Assembly: GCA_051047955.1 (NCBI GenBank)
Contig: JBPGPT010000006.1
Span: forward strand, 558,001 to 622,000
Reading direction: 5' to 3'
Source of the DNA: Cystobasidiomycetes sp. EMM_F5
Lineage: Eukaryota
DNA: 64,000 nucleotides
Shown here in pieces: positions 48,790 through 62,847 of this stretch. The notes under the pieces are model-generated. The model did not search any database. It was not told where the DNA came from and worked only from the letters and a program-made list of their open reading frames with translations. Numbering within the stretch: position 1 is the first letter of the stretch; each line of letters opens with the position of its first letter. The translations under genes were made by a program, and so were the position numbers.

Positions 48790-49783
48790 TTACCTTTCGT
48801 AGACAGGCGATCTTCGACGAGCTGGAGACTCCTCTCTTCTACGTCTGTCATCACCGCGATCATCATCGCGCCTCGAAGAACGCCTATCGTCTCTGTCGCG
48901 GTCATCTCGACGGTACGAGGACGACGAACCATAGTCTCTGCTGCTACTGTATCTGTCATCCCTGTCACGACGACGATCATCGTATCTGTCCCTGTTGTCG
49001 CGTCGGTCATCGTCACGACGGTACGAAGAATGCCTGTCTCGGTCGCCATAACCGCCACCGCGTCCACCGTCTCGGCGATAGTTGTCACCGCCAAGGCCAT
49101 CCTTGAAGCCCATGTATTGACCTGGAGTGGATTGATGGGGCTTGGTGGTGGTGCTGAAAGCTACGCGGATATTGCGGCCGTGCAGTTCCTGGAATGATTT
49201 ACTCAGTTTGTGTCTAAGTCTGGCAGAGAACAGGTAGGATGAGCTCACGATACCGTTGAGCTTCTCGATGGCACGCATTGCGTCCTCCTCAGTGCGCATG
49301 GTAACGAATCCGAAGCCTCTGGATCGCTCAGACTAGAGTGAAGAAAGTAAGCTTGATCTTGAAGAGCGCACATCACATATCCTATTCTAGGCCCACCCGC
49401 TGATCGTACACCACGACCGCCTTCTCAACCTCTCCTACACGACCAAACTCATCCTCGAGATCAATGTCCTTTGTGCGGATGGACAGGTTGAAGCAGCCTA
49501 GCACGTTGGAAGGGGGAGCTTCCGTCTTGCCGGGAGGAGCTGGCGGAGGACGTCTTCTCGGGCTGCGGCTGCGAGAGCGAGACCTGTTGTAGCTGTCTCG
49601 TCCGCGTCGGCCGCTGCTCTCATAGGGCGAGCGGCTGCGGGATCTCTGGCGTTCCCGGCCTCCCTCCTCAGCGGATGGCTGGCCGTTGCCATTCTCTCGG
49701 TCGTTGCCAGCGTAGCCGTTGTTGTCGTCGTTGTGCGCATCTCCAGCGCCTGCAGTAGGCATGGCAGTATCCTGGTCAGACAT
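48790..49783 (-). CDS. TRA2: Transformer-2-like SR-related RRM splicing factor
   Basis: RS region; RRM NVLGCFNLSIRT...VVYDQR.ERSRGFGFVTM; post-RRM H.STPGQYMG motif typical of Tra2; RD/RS tail. Confidence 0.85.
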
Positions 49784-50117
49784 GGTTGTAGGTATATGTC
49801 TGGCAGATGGGCAACCTGCTCAGCGGTCAGAGGGGCTAGACAGGCGGGCTAAAATGCTGATCGACCGTGAAAATTTCAACCAAGTGCGAAAGTGCTGGCG
49901 GACAACAATTTTGAATGCGACTGTAACAGACTGTTCAGCTACAGACGTGCAGCCTTCTTCCTACTTAAGTTTGGCCTTGTTTGCGTTGGATTGGAGAGTC
50001 AAAGGCGGTTCTCGGGAGTCTTCTTTCCTTTTTCTCGATCTTTGTTTCTTCCCAAAGGGGACCCGAGAGGCCTGAAGCTGCCCCGAGTACTTTGAGTGGA
50101 CACACCATACTGCAAAG

Positions 50118-50818
50118 ATGGGTATCGATATCGAGCACCACCATGTCCGGAAAGGAAACAGGTCGTCTCCCGCGAGCAGGGATCCTTACCTCTTCCTCCT
50201 CGTAAAGGTCAGCCGGAGCCACTTTTGAACGACGTTCGAGGGCAGACAGCTAACGCACAATGTGTTCTAATTGATAGCTCTACCGCTTCCTTGCACGACG
50301 AACAGACTCCAAGTTCAACAAGGTCATCCTCAAGAGACTGTATATGAGCAAGACAAACAGGCCGCCTTTGAGCGTATCGCGAATCTCGCGTGAGGTATCT
50401 CACCGCAAAGCCGACCCAGCAAAGGACACTGTCGTCGTTGTCGGAACAGTCACCGACGACGTCCGCCTCATCAACCTCGAGCAGAAGCTCAAGATTGCAG
50501 CTCTGCGATTCACCAGAACCGCTCGTCAACGTATCGAAGCTGCAGGAGGAGAGTGCCTCACCCTCGACCAACTCGCACTCCGTGCACCAAAAGGCTCAAA
50601 CACCATCCTCCTACGTGGACCCAAGCACGCCCGCGAGGTCTACAAGCACTTTGGTCTCGGACCCCACACCAACAAGAAGCCCTACGTCGAGAGCAAGGGC
50701 CGCAAGTTCGAGAAGGCCCGTGGTCGCAGAAAGAGCAGAGGTACGCCAGGTCTAATTACAATCTGTAGTGCGCATCATGCTGACGGGTATTACGTTTTCA
50801 GGCTTCAAGGCCAACTAG
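50118..50818 (+). CDS. RPL18: 60S ribosomal protein L18 (eL18)
   Basis: [12 protein letters not shown]...[30 protein letters not shown]...[13 protein letters not shown]...[20 protein letters not shown]; two introns. Confidence 0.97.
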
Positions 50819-51233
50819 ATGCTTTCCGTGCCGTGGTGGTCACAGAGCAACATACCGATGCGAAGGCGCACTGCGGAAAGGATGTGGTTGTTGTACTCAG
50901 ACCAAAACGTCCTCATTCTTCCAACTTCCTTGGAAGTGGTGTCTTTCCGATACATCTTCGTTGTGGCCGCAAGCGTTCTTCCATCATACCCACCTACAAT
51001 CCCCTAGTCGTTGTGATCTTCAGTCAATACTAGTCTGTCGACATAATGCAAGCCTCATGAAATCAAATTGTGCTAAATGAGTGCGCACGGGTTATACGAG
51101 TGAACACTGCTTCTCCCAGCGTTGACAAACAGGCCTTGTGCTTCACGTGTTGCGCACACAGTTCACACGAGTCTTATTCGAGCACTGTGGCGGACATGCA
51201 TATGCGGGCCGCTTCTAGCCGCCAGCCTGCGAC

Positions 51234-51785
51234 TCACGCACCACGCTGCTGTGCATGTCGCCAAAGTAGTGGCCCACCTATAGCGGCTAGCCAGAGAGGA
51301 ACGTTATATTGGGTCGGACTTCTACGTACTGGCTCTGTAGAGCGTTGCTGCGCGGCATTCTCACCACTTTGCGGGCCAGTGAGAGGATTTTTGACTGAAG
51401 CAGCTGGACGCTGTGCATGCGGCTGAGTTAGGGTTGACGTTGCTCTTGGTGTTGGAGTCACGAAAATTGATAGCGGGTTGGCTGGATTTGGACTTTGCTT
51501 TGTGTAACGTGTCGCCATGTTTCGAAACCCTACCGTCGGAATTGGCAGTTGAGGGCCCCCGTTCTGATTGGAATAGGCTGAACGACAATAATTCAGCATG
51601 TACAAAGTTTCTCAGACGGACTTATTCATACCGGACACCCCATTGTTGCCGGAAGGGCTACTGGTCGTAGCCGTCATCCCGTTTGCACCAGCAGAGAAGC
51701 CAGCACCTGCAACACCAGCAGTGAAAAGGCCACGGACAGTCGTTATTGGACGCCGACCGTTCTGCCTGCTGTTCTGTCGAGTCAT
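51234..51785 (-). CDS. Small unrecognised protein, divergent member (C) of local paralogue family
   Basis: Exon 1 MTRQ..TTVRGLFTAGVAGAGFSAGANGM, then a phase-1 GT-AG intron (~51580-51633), then exon 2 with IFVTPTP. The 3' end may extend through another intron to ~51163. Confidence 0.5.
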
Positions 51786-52462
51786 TGTGTCAAGTAATTG
51801 TTCCAACTGTGTGTAAGAAACGATGCACGCGGGGGAAGCGTGTGATGGAAGCGGCAGGGAGAGCAACAGGAAAGACAAGGCCATTTGCTTAAACGATAGC
51901 AGCTTTGTAAATCAGTGTCGAGGGCAGTGTTGACGAACAGACCCCGTGCACTGCGTAGCAGGTGTCAGATAAAGGGGGATCCAACATCAGTGCGAGCGGG
52001 TCAAATCGGTCAATGCGGTGCTGATGTCTTCAGGAGATAGGTGTTTCGATGCTGGGACGGTGTATGTATGGAGTTCGTCACCTCGTGTCAAAGCTAAAGC
52101 TTTATCAGCTGCTTATCGCTCTTGAAGCAGTTAACTGTCTCCGCGCAGAGATTGGTCACTTCCCATTTCATCGCGGACATTGCAGCGAGGATGTCTGAGT
52201 ATAGTTGAAAGTGAGTGTGTAATGCAGCTCTTACGAAGACTCAGCGTATCAGAGCAGGGACAGGATGGGTCTCAATTGAAGTTTGTCAACCACTCCCATA
52301 CGAAAAATGCAGAGATTTGACAGAAATGATCCTGCGCAATAGAAATGATCACCTCCTTGAAGTCCATGTATTGTGCTCTCTCCATTATGGTGTCGAGGTC
52401 CAGCAGTTTCAGCCGCTGTATCATCGTGCGCTCTTGCGTACTTCGCCGATATTTGCCTCATC

Positions 52463-52934
52463 ATGGAAGGTTCGCTTGAGGATGAGGCCTTCGTTCGAGA
52501 TTATGTCAAAACCTACAGTAACATGGAGAGGCTGACGCCGCTGCGGTCAAAGCAGCTGCTGAAAGCCGCATTAGGGAAGGAAGAGCCGGAACCACCGGCA
52601 GACGATGTGAGCTTGCCATTATACGTGACTGTCAATGCCTGACTCTGCTGCAGGCATGCTGCGGATGTAACTGCTGTCCATGTGTCAAAGATCTATGGCG
52701 CGAAGAAGTCCAGCTCTGGAAGGATGTCCGGCAAGAGCTGGAGGAGCGTCATAAAGCCGCAGAATTGCAGGTTGCGGAAGAGAAGCAGAGGCAGTTGCAA
52801 GAAGCCGAAGACAAGCCTGCAGAGGGTATGCGATTCCTCACGGACGATTGAAGAGGTGCTCACTCGCTTTGATAGGCCTACTCCAACGCGCTATCCGGTC
52901 TTTCACATCGAGACCTCCTACGCCAACGGGATAA
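52463..52934 (+). CDS. Small protein with Oxidoreductase-like N-terminal (Cys-rich) domain
   Basis: Splicing the intron at ~52607-52654 gives EEPEPPADDACCGCNCCPCVKDLWREE followed by a coiled coil. 5' end uncertain. Confidence 0.6.
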
Positions 52935-54026
52935 TATAGAAGAACAGAAGAAATCCCGTCATACAGCAGCGTATAGCTGGCAGATCGAGCAAACAACTGG
53001 CCCAAGTATGGCAACCCAATCCGAGCTGTATTCGATTGAGCCTCCTTATCTTGGAGACACCTTATCGGTGCTTCGCAACTGCAGCCCACCTTCTTTCGCT
53101 ATGCATGCAACGCCAGAACATCATCGAAGGTTCGCTGCTATGGACAGCAGCTAGTATTCGCCGGCCTTCGATATCAGCTATCTCAAAATCCCCGCGCGGC
53201 GGTCCGCAACGCATCTTTTGCTAGAGAGATGCCCACTACGATCTTCAGGATGTTATCTTAGGAGTTTGCAGTCATCCTTCGCGTTCCCATAACGCCCAAC
53301 AAAGCAACGTTCATTAGCTGTGTCCCGGGTCAAGATCTGAATACTGGTACGCACAGGCCCGAATTCGGGCGTAAGGAATCATTCAAACTACAAGGTCACA
53401 TTTATTGCTGCGCATCTTCCCGACTCTACGAAAAGTTACACGATACACTAGTGTTTTGTACGATCTTTCTATCGTTCGAGGACGCAAGATTTGCCGCCAC
53501 GGCCATTGCGCAGCGGGCGCCATGACACCACTACTTCGGCGAAGGCAAAGGCGGGACAACCGCGCGGGAAGGAATCACGAGTCCTGTGCCCTTGCGTCGA
53601 GCTCGAGAGTCGACAGTACATCTGCTCTCCGAATGCTGGGCTGCGTTCTGGGATAGTAGATAAACACATATCATGCACTCTTCGACCCGATGGCCTTACA
53701 GAAACAGATGGAAAATGCCGTGATGCGAACGGAGGGCCTGGAACGTAGCATTATATCTGAACCGAGCTGAGGGCACGCGGTGCTCAACAGCCATTGCCTT
53801 ATTCAATTTTCATGGCATTGTTTTGACTGAACTACGCTATCTATCAACCACTTACAGGCGAATGAGCGTACTGACAGTATCGGTACTATGGAGAGGCAAA
53901 TGTCATCGGGAAATACGCTAAAGTAAGCTGATCTGGCAATGCAGATCTCAGGCAGAATTAGTGAAAGAGCCACGCCATCAGTCCCCACTTGGCTACTTGT
54001 ATTGACATAGTTTGCACTATGAAAAT

Positions 54027-54594
54027 CTAAGCGCCCTGACGAGCCGCATTCACACCTCCTCTCCGAGCTCGTCGGAGAACCCCGGGAGCGGCTCTGTACG
54101 CGTGCTCAATCACGACATCCCGGATACGTCCGGCGACTAAGTTCACTGCGTCCGCTCCTAAGTCGTAAATTTGCTGCCGCCGTCTAGCTGCTGCATCATG
54201 TTTTGACAACGCTGCTTGCTCTGTATCTGGATTCAGTGATACTGGCGATGCAGTCGGCAAATTAATGCCGGGTTTACGAGCAGCTGTTGAACTCCCAGGG
54301 CCATAATCACTTGTAGGTGTAGGTGTGACGCTGACGAATCGGGGCACGCTGTATCGACGACATGTAGATTCTGGCAGTGCAAAAGGTGTCGGTACACGAT
54401 AGTCGTCTGAAGCAGGGATTGCGTAAGCTAATCAGCACAGCATCTTAGCATCGGCACAAGCTCGATTTACTATTGTGCACGTGTATTGCTCTTCGAGTAT
54501 CTGTGGACATTTCAAGTCCATTTGCGGCTGTCAGCATTGCTGCCATGCTAACGCCACGCAAAGTAGTTTTTGGAGGACTCTTGTAGGGTGACAT
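54027..54594 (-). CDS. Small unrecognised protein, paralogue A (~175 aa), possibly secreted
   Basis: Exon 1 MSPYKSPPKTTLRGVSMAAMLTAANGL; a 43-nt phase-1 intron restores frame into ORF 54027-54347. Clear paralogue at 55298-55876. Confidence 0.7.
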
Positions 54595-55297
54595 AACGGC
54601 CAGGCGAAGAGGACTTGCTTTGCAACACGACTGAAGAGCAAAACTGAGCAGTGAAGAGAACAATATGAACTCAAGATCTCGGGCAAACGCGGTTTGGCCA
54701 AGAGGGCTGTGGTGCCTGTACAGGCGATGTTGTCAGTGAATCCGCTCGTGCAGTGAAGTGAACTGAGCAGGATTTTCGGCAGCGAACCGTCACGCTACAA
54801 GCTCGATCCGATGGAGTGTGTCCGAGAGGCTCAGGAGGCCGAGAGCCAATTCACTGTGCTAGTTAGGGACCTTGCGGGGTGGTCAGTATGCTAAGTCATA
54901 TGCTTAAGCTGCAGTTGGGATAAGCTCACATTTCAAAGACCGAGTCACTATCAACCGAGCGACTCCATAGTAAATTTGCTCAACACGACATTCCGCCTCA
55001 TCGCTATCTTCCATTTAGTTCTGCATTTACGTCTCGCCGATGTTGAACTATCGCTCGATAAAGGATTGCCTGATACCCTGCATCGGATGGCCTGACTCGA
55101 GAATATTTACGAGCGCCGCTACAGACCGACAGCCGGGCCATACAGATCTCTGCTTTGTCAAAGTCACAGAGAGGGCAATAGTCAGCGGAAGTACACTAAA
55201 GTGAGGTGGTCTGGCAACGCGGTTCTCAGGCAGAACTCGCATGAGAACAATGCCATGATCTCCATTGTTTGCGTTCCGACTGTCTGCGCTATGAAAG

Positions 55298-55876
55298 CTA
55301 GCCTCCCCGGACAGCCGCATTCAACTCTCGTCGAGCTCGTCGGAGGACCCCCGGAGCGGCTCCCAGAACGTGTTGAACAACGGCACCCCGTACGTTTCCA
55401 ACGATGACGTGCACCGCATCTGCTCCAACGTCGTACACATAGTCGCGCCATCCGGGTCCGGCTGTGCCCGTCGACAGCTTTGCTTGCCCTTTATCTGGAT
55501 TCAGCGGGACAGTCGATGTAATCGGAGTATTGGTGCTGGGTCTACGAGCAATTGTCGAGCTCCCAGGGCCATACCGATTTGGAGGTGTAGGTGTGACGCT
55601 GATGAATTGCGGCATGCTGCCCTGCCGACATGTCGATTCTGGTAGTGTCAAGCTGGTGGTGACAGCACAGACGTCGTTGGAGGGAGACCTGATGCCGTCT
55701 GTATACTACGATGAGCATAATGACTGAGGGTCTGCATTGTGGTGGAGCGGCTTACTAGTAGGAATGTCCAGAGACTTACGAGCACGTGTCGGTGGAGTGA
55801 GCCCGTTCGCTGCTGCCAGCATGGCTGCGGTAGTAACGCCACGCAAGGTAGGCTGCTGAGGCTTTCGATAGGGCAT
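55298..55876 (-). CDS. Small unrecognised protein, paralogue B (~175 aa), possibly secreted
   Basis: Exon 1 MPYRKPQQPTLRGVTTAAMLAAANGL; a phase-1 intron (GTAAGC..TATACAG) restores frame into ORF 55298-55651. Confidence 0.7.
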
Positions 55877-56356
55877 GGTAGAAGAGAGGTTACGCGATAT
55901 GCGACAGAAGAGCAATTTGCGACCGTCATGACGTGAGGCGTAGGTGTGCAAGCTTTTTGCCGCGTATCGGCAGTGCTGAGGTCGGACGTACAGAATTGAC
56001 ACGCTCTTCGTCAGTCGAGAGCGAACTACTTATGCATGGGACAGAGTAAGCAGTATATTGAAGCAGCTAAGCCGAACTCGTCCGGGAGGGTGTTAACGGC
56101 ACGGGAGAATTCGAGGGCAGACACTAATCTATGCATTTTCGACGCGATACTGAGGAAAAGATTGCTGCATTGAATAATCATGCGCGTGAGGGTCTGCGTG
56201 CCCACATCGTTAGAAGAATAGACCCGGCCCATGCCCATTCATCCATTGTGAAGCAGCAATCTTGATAGACCCGCAGCTAGATCGTGTGGTATTTCGGCGA
56301 GTCCGTACTATTGCGGTGCAAGCGAAGATGCCTAGTAGCAATGATAGACACCGTAT

Positions 56357-56656
56357 TCATTCGACTTGTGTGCTTTGCGTTGCTTTCACGCGCAGGCGTA
56401 TTGGTCCTTTGATGTCATCGAGACTAACTGCTTGGATTGGCTCGCCCTTTTGCGTAATGTCGAGAGTATCAGTCTGTCGTAGCTGCCATGCTTCTTGTCT
56501 GACTATCGGCATTGCTTCGCGCCAGTCTTTACATTCGAGTTGACCCAGTTCTTGTACGCTCAAAGCTCGAGCAATTTCGGAAGGACAGCAGGTTTTCGGA
56601 TATTCACGAGCTGCTACGGCTGTCACAATCTTATTGCTCAGCCATTCGGGCATCAT
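56357..56656 (-). CDS. DUF3253 family small winged-helix-like protein
   Basis: REYPKTCCPSEIARAL...WREAMPIVR...ITQKGE...IKGPIRLR is the DUF3253 pattern. Confidence 0.8.
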   Translation of the reverse strand: MMPEWLSNKIVTAVAAREYPKTCCPSEIARALSVQELGQLECKDWREAMPIVRQEAWQLRQTDTLDITQKGEPIQAVSLDDIKGPIRLRVKATQSTQVE

Positions 56657-56793
56657 AGCAGACCGCCTGAATTAGAGCGGGTTCAAGGTTCCCAATCGAT
56701 CTTTGGTTGTCCACCAGATTGCGCTGGACTGACCTTGCATCTCGCTCGACATTTGATATCGAATCACTGCCCGACTGCTACTTTCTGCCCATT

Positions 56794-59440
<2,647 letters not shown>

Positions 59441-59685
59441 TAGCTTGTCAGTTGGATGGCTGGAAGACATCTGGCAGGAAAAGCTAGAATGGGGAAGTCT
59501 TGTACGAGTACTCTCACCTTCTGCGGATGTATTGTCTTTACATGTTGTCGTTTATCACCTAAAGACTAGTGCTTTGTCCAGCAGGATCCTCTTTGCATTG
59601 CTGTAGGATAACGATATTTGCGATGTATTGCGGGTGCGTTCTGATGTATAATGAAGAAACTTTACGACTAAGGCCGACTACGACA

Positions 59686-60468
59686 CTACAACTTCACTTT
59701 GCCGGCCACTTGCTCTGCAACCTTCTCCATGCGTTCCGGCTCGAGTTTCCCCCTAGTATCCTTGGCGACCTGGCGAAATGCCAGAGTGCTAGGAGCCACG
59801 CCGAAGTTATCTGGAACTGCGAGGTGTAATTCGCCGCATGCAATCACTCTGAGAAGGCTAAAGTGATGTATGGCGTGCAGAGCGACAAACCAGAGCTGGA
59901 TGAATAAAAATGTCAGCGGGTGCGCCTGGCATACCTCAAGGCCATGTACCTCTCTTCCAAATGATGAACTCAGGTCCTGCTTGATGGGCGTCAATGCACT
60001 TAGTCGCAATGGATGATCCAGCGATACATTCTCCCGGATCTCGCTTAAAGTGTCGTCGACATCGCTAAAACATTGGCGTGCCGTACGCGGATCGCGCTCC
60101 ATGTCTACCAAGCGTATACGTTTGTCATAGTTGACATGTAGTGGAGTAGGATTTGATGGTGATGTTCGGGGAACAGAGTCGAGCAACAACTTGTAATGGT
60201 CCAAAACGTGGCGGAGGTGTTTGCCGATGGTACTGCCAGGTATCAGTGCAGATTCGTGCGTAAGGATGCTGCATAAACGGCATCAGTACTCCATATCCGC
60301 TCTGTGATATACTACGCACCTCTCCCCGTCACCGCGGGCTATGATTTGATCCAGCAATTGATAGGCTTGTTTGAGCAGGGCTGAAGCAACGTCTGCCAAC
60401 GCTGTCATGGGCTCCTCATCGTCGTAACGCATCGCAGACGATGTTGACGCTTCAGCGTGCAGCTGCAT
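59686..60468 (-). CDS. DinB/YfiT-like four-helix-bundle protein
   Basis: PGSTIGKHLRHVLDHY, NYDKR, SSFGRELWFVALHAIHHFSL and FGVAPST; two introns. Start uncertain. Confidence 0.8.
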
Positions 60469-60600
60469 GAATGGAAAGGAGTCCCGCCAAAACGTGGTCT
60501 AAAGGCAAGCTGTAGCAGCCGACAAATAGGTTTGACGTGCTCGACATTTCATCGCCACTGTTGGTTTTGGCTTGCTATCTGGCCAAATCCTGCTGGTCAA

Positions 60601-62847
60601 ATGCAGGCTGTGGCCTCGACATCCACGCTGTCCACATGCTGGCAATGTCGACTACTGGCTACGGCTGCGTTCGCAAAACGCTGGCAGTCGACAGAAGCAG
60701 TTTCGTCATTGGCGCCTGAACCAAATTATGTTCCTCCGCCCATCTTGTCAAATCCAGAGATTTCCACCTCGACGAGAGACCGTCCATCCCTGCAAGACCT
60801 TTTGGCTCTAAAGCCTAAACGGCTTCGACCGCCAAAGCCAGAATTACCGACCACTTCGTCTGAATTTGCCGTGTATACGCGGAGATTCAACAAAGCCATC
60901 AATGCAGTCAGCAAGGCATTCCAGAAGGATCAAATAGTAAGCATAAGTCAAAATGATCTCAATCTCAAGTACAAAGCCAGTCGAACCAGCAAATTGCAAG
61001 TCGTCCGCAAAATATTCACCGACTACTGGAATTACCCCGACCCGATACAAATGGCCAAGTTGGCCAGAGAGGGAGGAAAGAGCGCATCAGTATCGAAGGA
61101 AGCCTCCGAACGAAGTGAGACTGACTACCACTTCCAAGATCAATACCCAATATACTGACTCTAGAAACACTATAGATGTAGCTGTAACTAGTCTAGAAGC
61201 TGCTCTTTTTCTGCGTAATGGACAAGAAAGCAACCATATACTCAATCCGCTTCAGACGAAGTATCGCGTTACTATTCAGGTGACCGGGATAGGTCGTTCA
61301 GCCTTGCGTATATCTGGGCAATCACAGGATGTCGCAGATTGCGTACTTGCCTGGGAAGAACTTCGCAAAGTGGGTCCAGAAGCGTGATCATCCTGATTGT
61401 GCACTAAAGTACAGTGTAAGCAGCGGGTGGCATTCGAAACAATCGAGCTTGATACCGCAAAAGCGGGCCTGAGGAGTGACATGTACAAGACTTTATCGAC
61501 TTTGAGCAATACATACATTACATCCACATCGTCTAAGCCGCATACTCTGGACGTCGCGTACCGAAGCGATGCTCCTGAAAACCTCAGTCGCTTAAAAGCT
61601 TTGTTACAGCAGCTTCAGTACCGTGTCCGTTCGGCTGTGTTCCAAAGCGAGCTTATGCTGACACTGTTCTCATACAGCATCAAGTTGAACAATACACCCC
61701 AGAGGTAGTTCCGACAACATATCCAGAGGCCACGTATGCTATGGAGCCATATTGTGTCAGGAGCCAGCCCTCATGGATGCTTAGTTCTCTTCCTTTATAC
61801 GGTCTGCAAAGAATGACTACTTCGGAGCCAGTCGATGACAAGCAGATCTGGGCAGGAAAAAGTGGTCGGGATGCCTTAGGAGCGCTTCACGCAAAACCTG
61901 ACGAGACGCTAACCCTGGAGGCTCGGTATGTCTATTAAAGTTTACCGACTTGCGCGTGAAATGCTAATAGAGAGCAGGTTCGGACACGCTCTACAGATAT
62001 CTGCGAATGCTAGCAATCTGGCAGCGATGGAAAGCGAGACGACTCCACCCACAAAGAGTGGTGACAAGCAACGAATATTTCTGCCAGGGTGAGTGTTTTG
62101 ACGGTGCTGTATTCACTGAACTGCTGACAGGCCGCTTGTAGTGCTCCGCCTGGAATCTTGAATCGCTTCAATGTGCCTATTCCACGACCAAGTATCTCGG
62201 ACGTGAGATCCTATACGGACGACCTGCAAACATCATCGACGCTCCACCGACGAGTTGTATATGCAGCTGATTTCGACGCCGATGACATGAAAAACCGGTA
62301 CCTCTGCGTAGAGAGAGCCTATGAGTCGAATGATTCACCCAAAGGAGATGACGGGCTCATTTGGACAGGGCAAGCGCATAGAGAAGTGGCAGTCAACGTT
62401 CTCATGCCTCACCGGTGCGAAGAGGTAGCCACTTGGTTGGGATATAGACTGACTCTGCGTGACAGGCCTGTTGACGTCCGCATGGCGCTAGTGGCGAGCC
62501 AGCCAATTGATCCTTCCGTGTTAAGATCACTGTGAGTAATAGTACCGCTCGCGGTACCGCTCGCGGTGTCTTTCGCTGACGCGTATGGCAGGCCCATCAA
62601 AAGCAAAGCATTCATGCCTGCAACGTTACAACATCTGGACACCACGTATTTTTTGCTCGATGACGTCTCCTTGCGCAAGATTCACTTTCATGGCGGCATC
62701 GGCCATTGGACAGAATCAGAAGGTGTTGAGGCGATACTGGAGAAGAGCAAGCATCGGGGAGTGCAGAGTGCTGGCTTCTTAATAAGGACCCGCTGTGGCT
62801 TGGATCGGCTAGATTCCATCATCGATGCCGTTCAGCGTTGTTGTTGA
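60601..62847 (+). CDS. Probable mitochondrial protein, possibly Sls1-like
   Basis: Presequence-like MQAVASTSTLSTCWQCRLL...RWQST; ORF pieces linked by about six short GT-AG introns; KAFQKDQI...K..VVRKIF..YW followed by a KH-like segment. The family call is tentative. Confidence 0.5.

Noticed and set aside
48646..49197. Thr/Val/Ile-rich ORFs on both strands
   Set aside because: Alternative-frame and antisense shadows of the RD/RS repeats of the TRA2-like gene.
52940..54020. Possible fourth paralogue or other gene between the Cys-rich gene and paralogue A
   Set aside because: None of the family motifs (TLRG, ANG, VTPTP, RRARR) found, and candidate splice paths give only short featureless peptides.
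62542..62567. Tandem 12-mer GTACCGCTCGCG x2
   Set aside because: Lies within a predicted intron; a simple local duplication.
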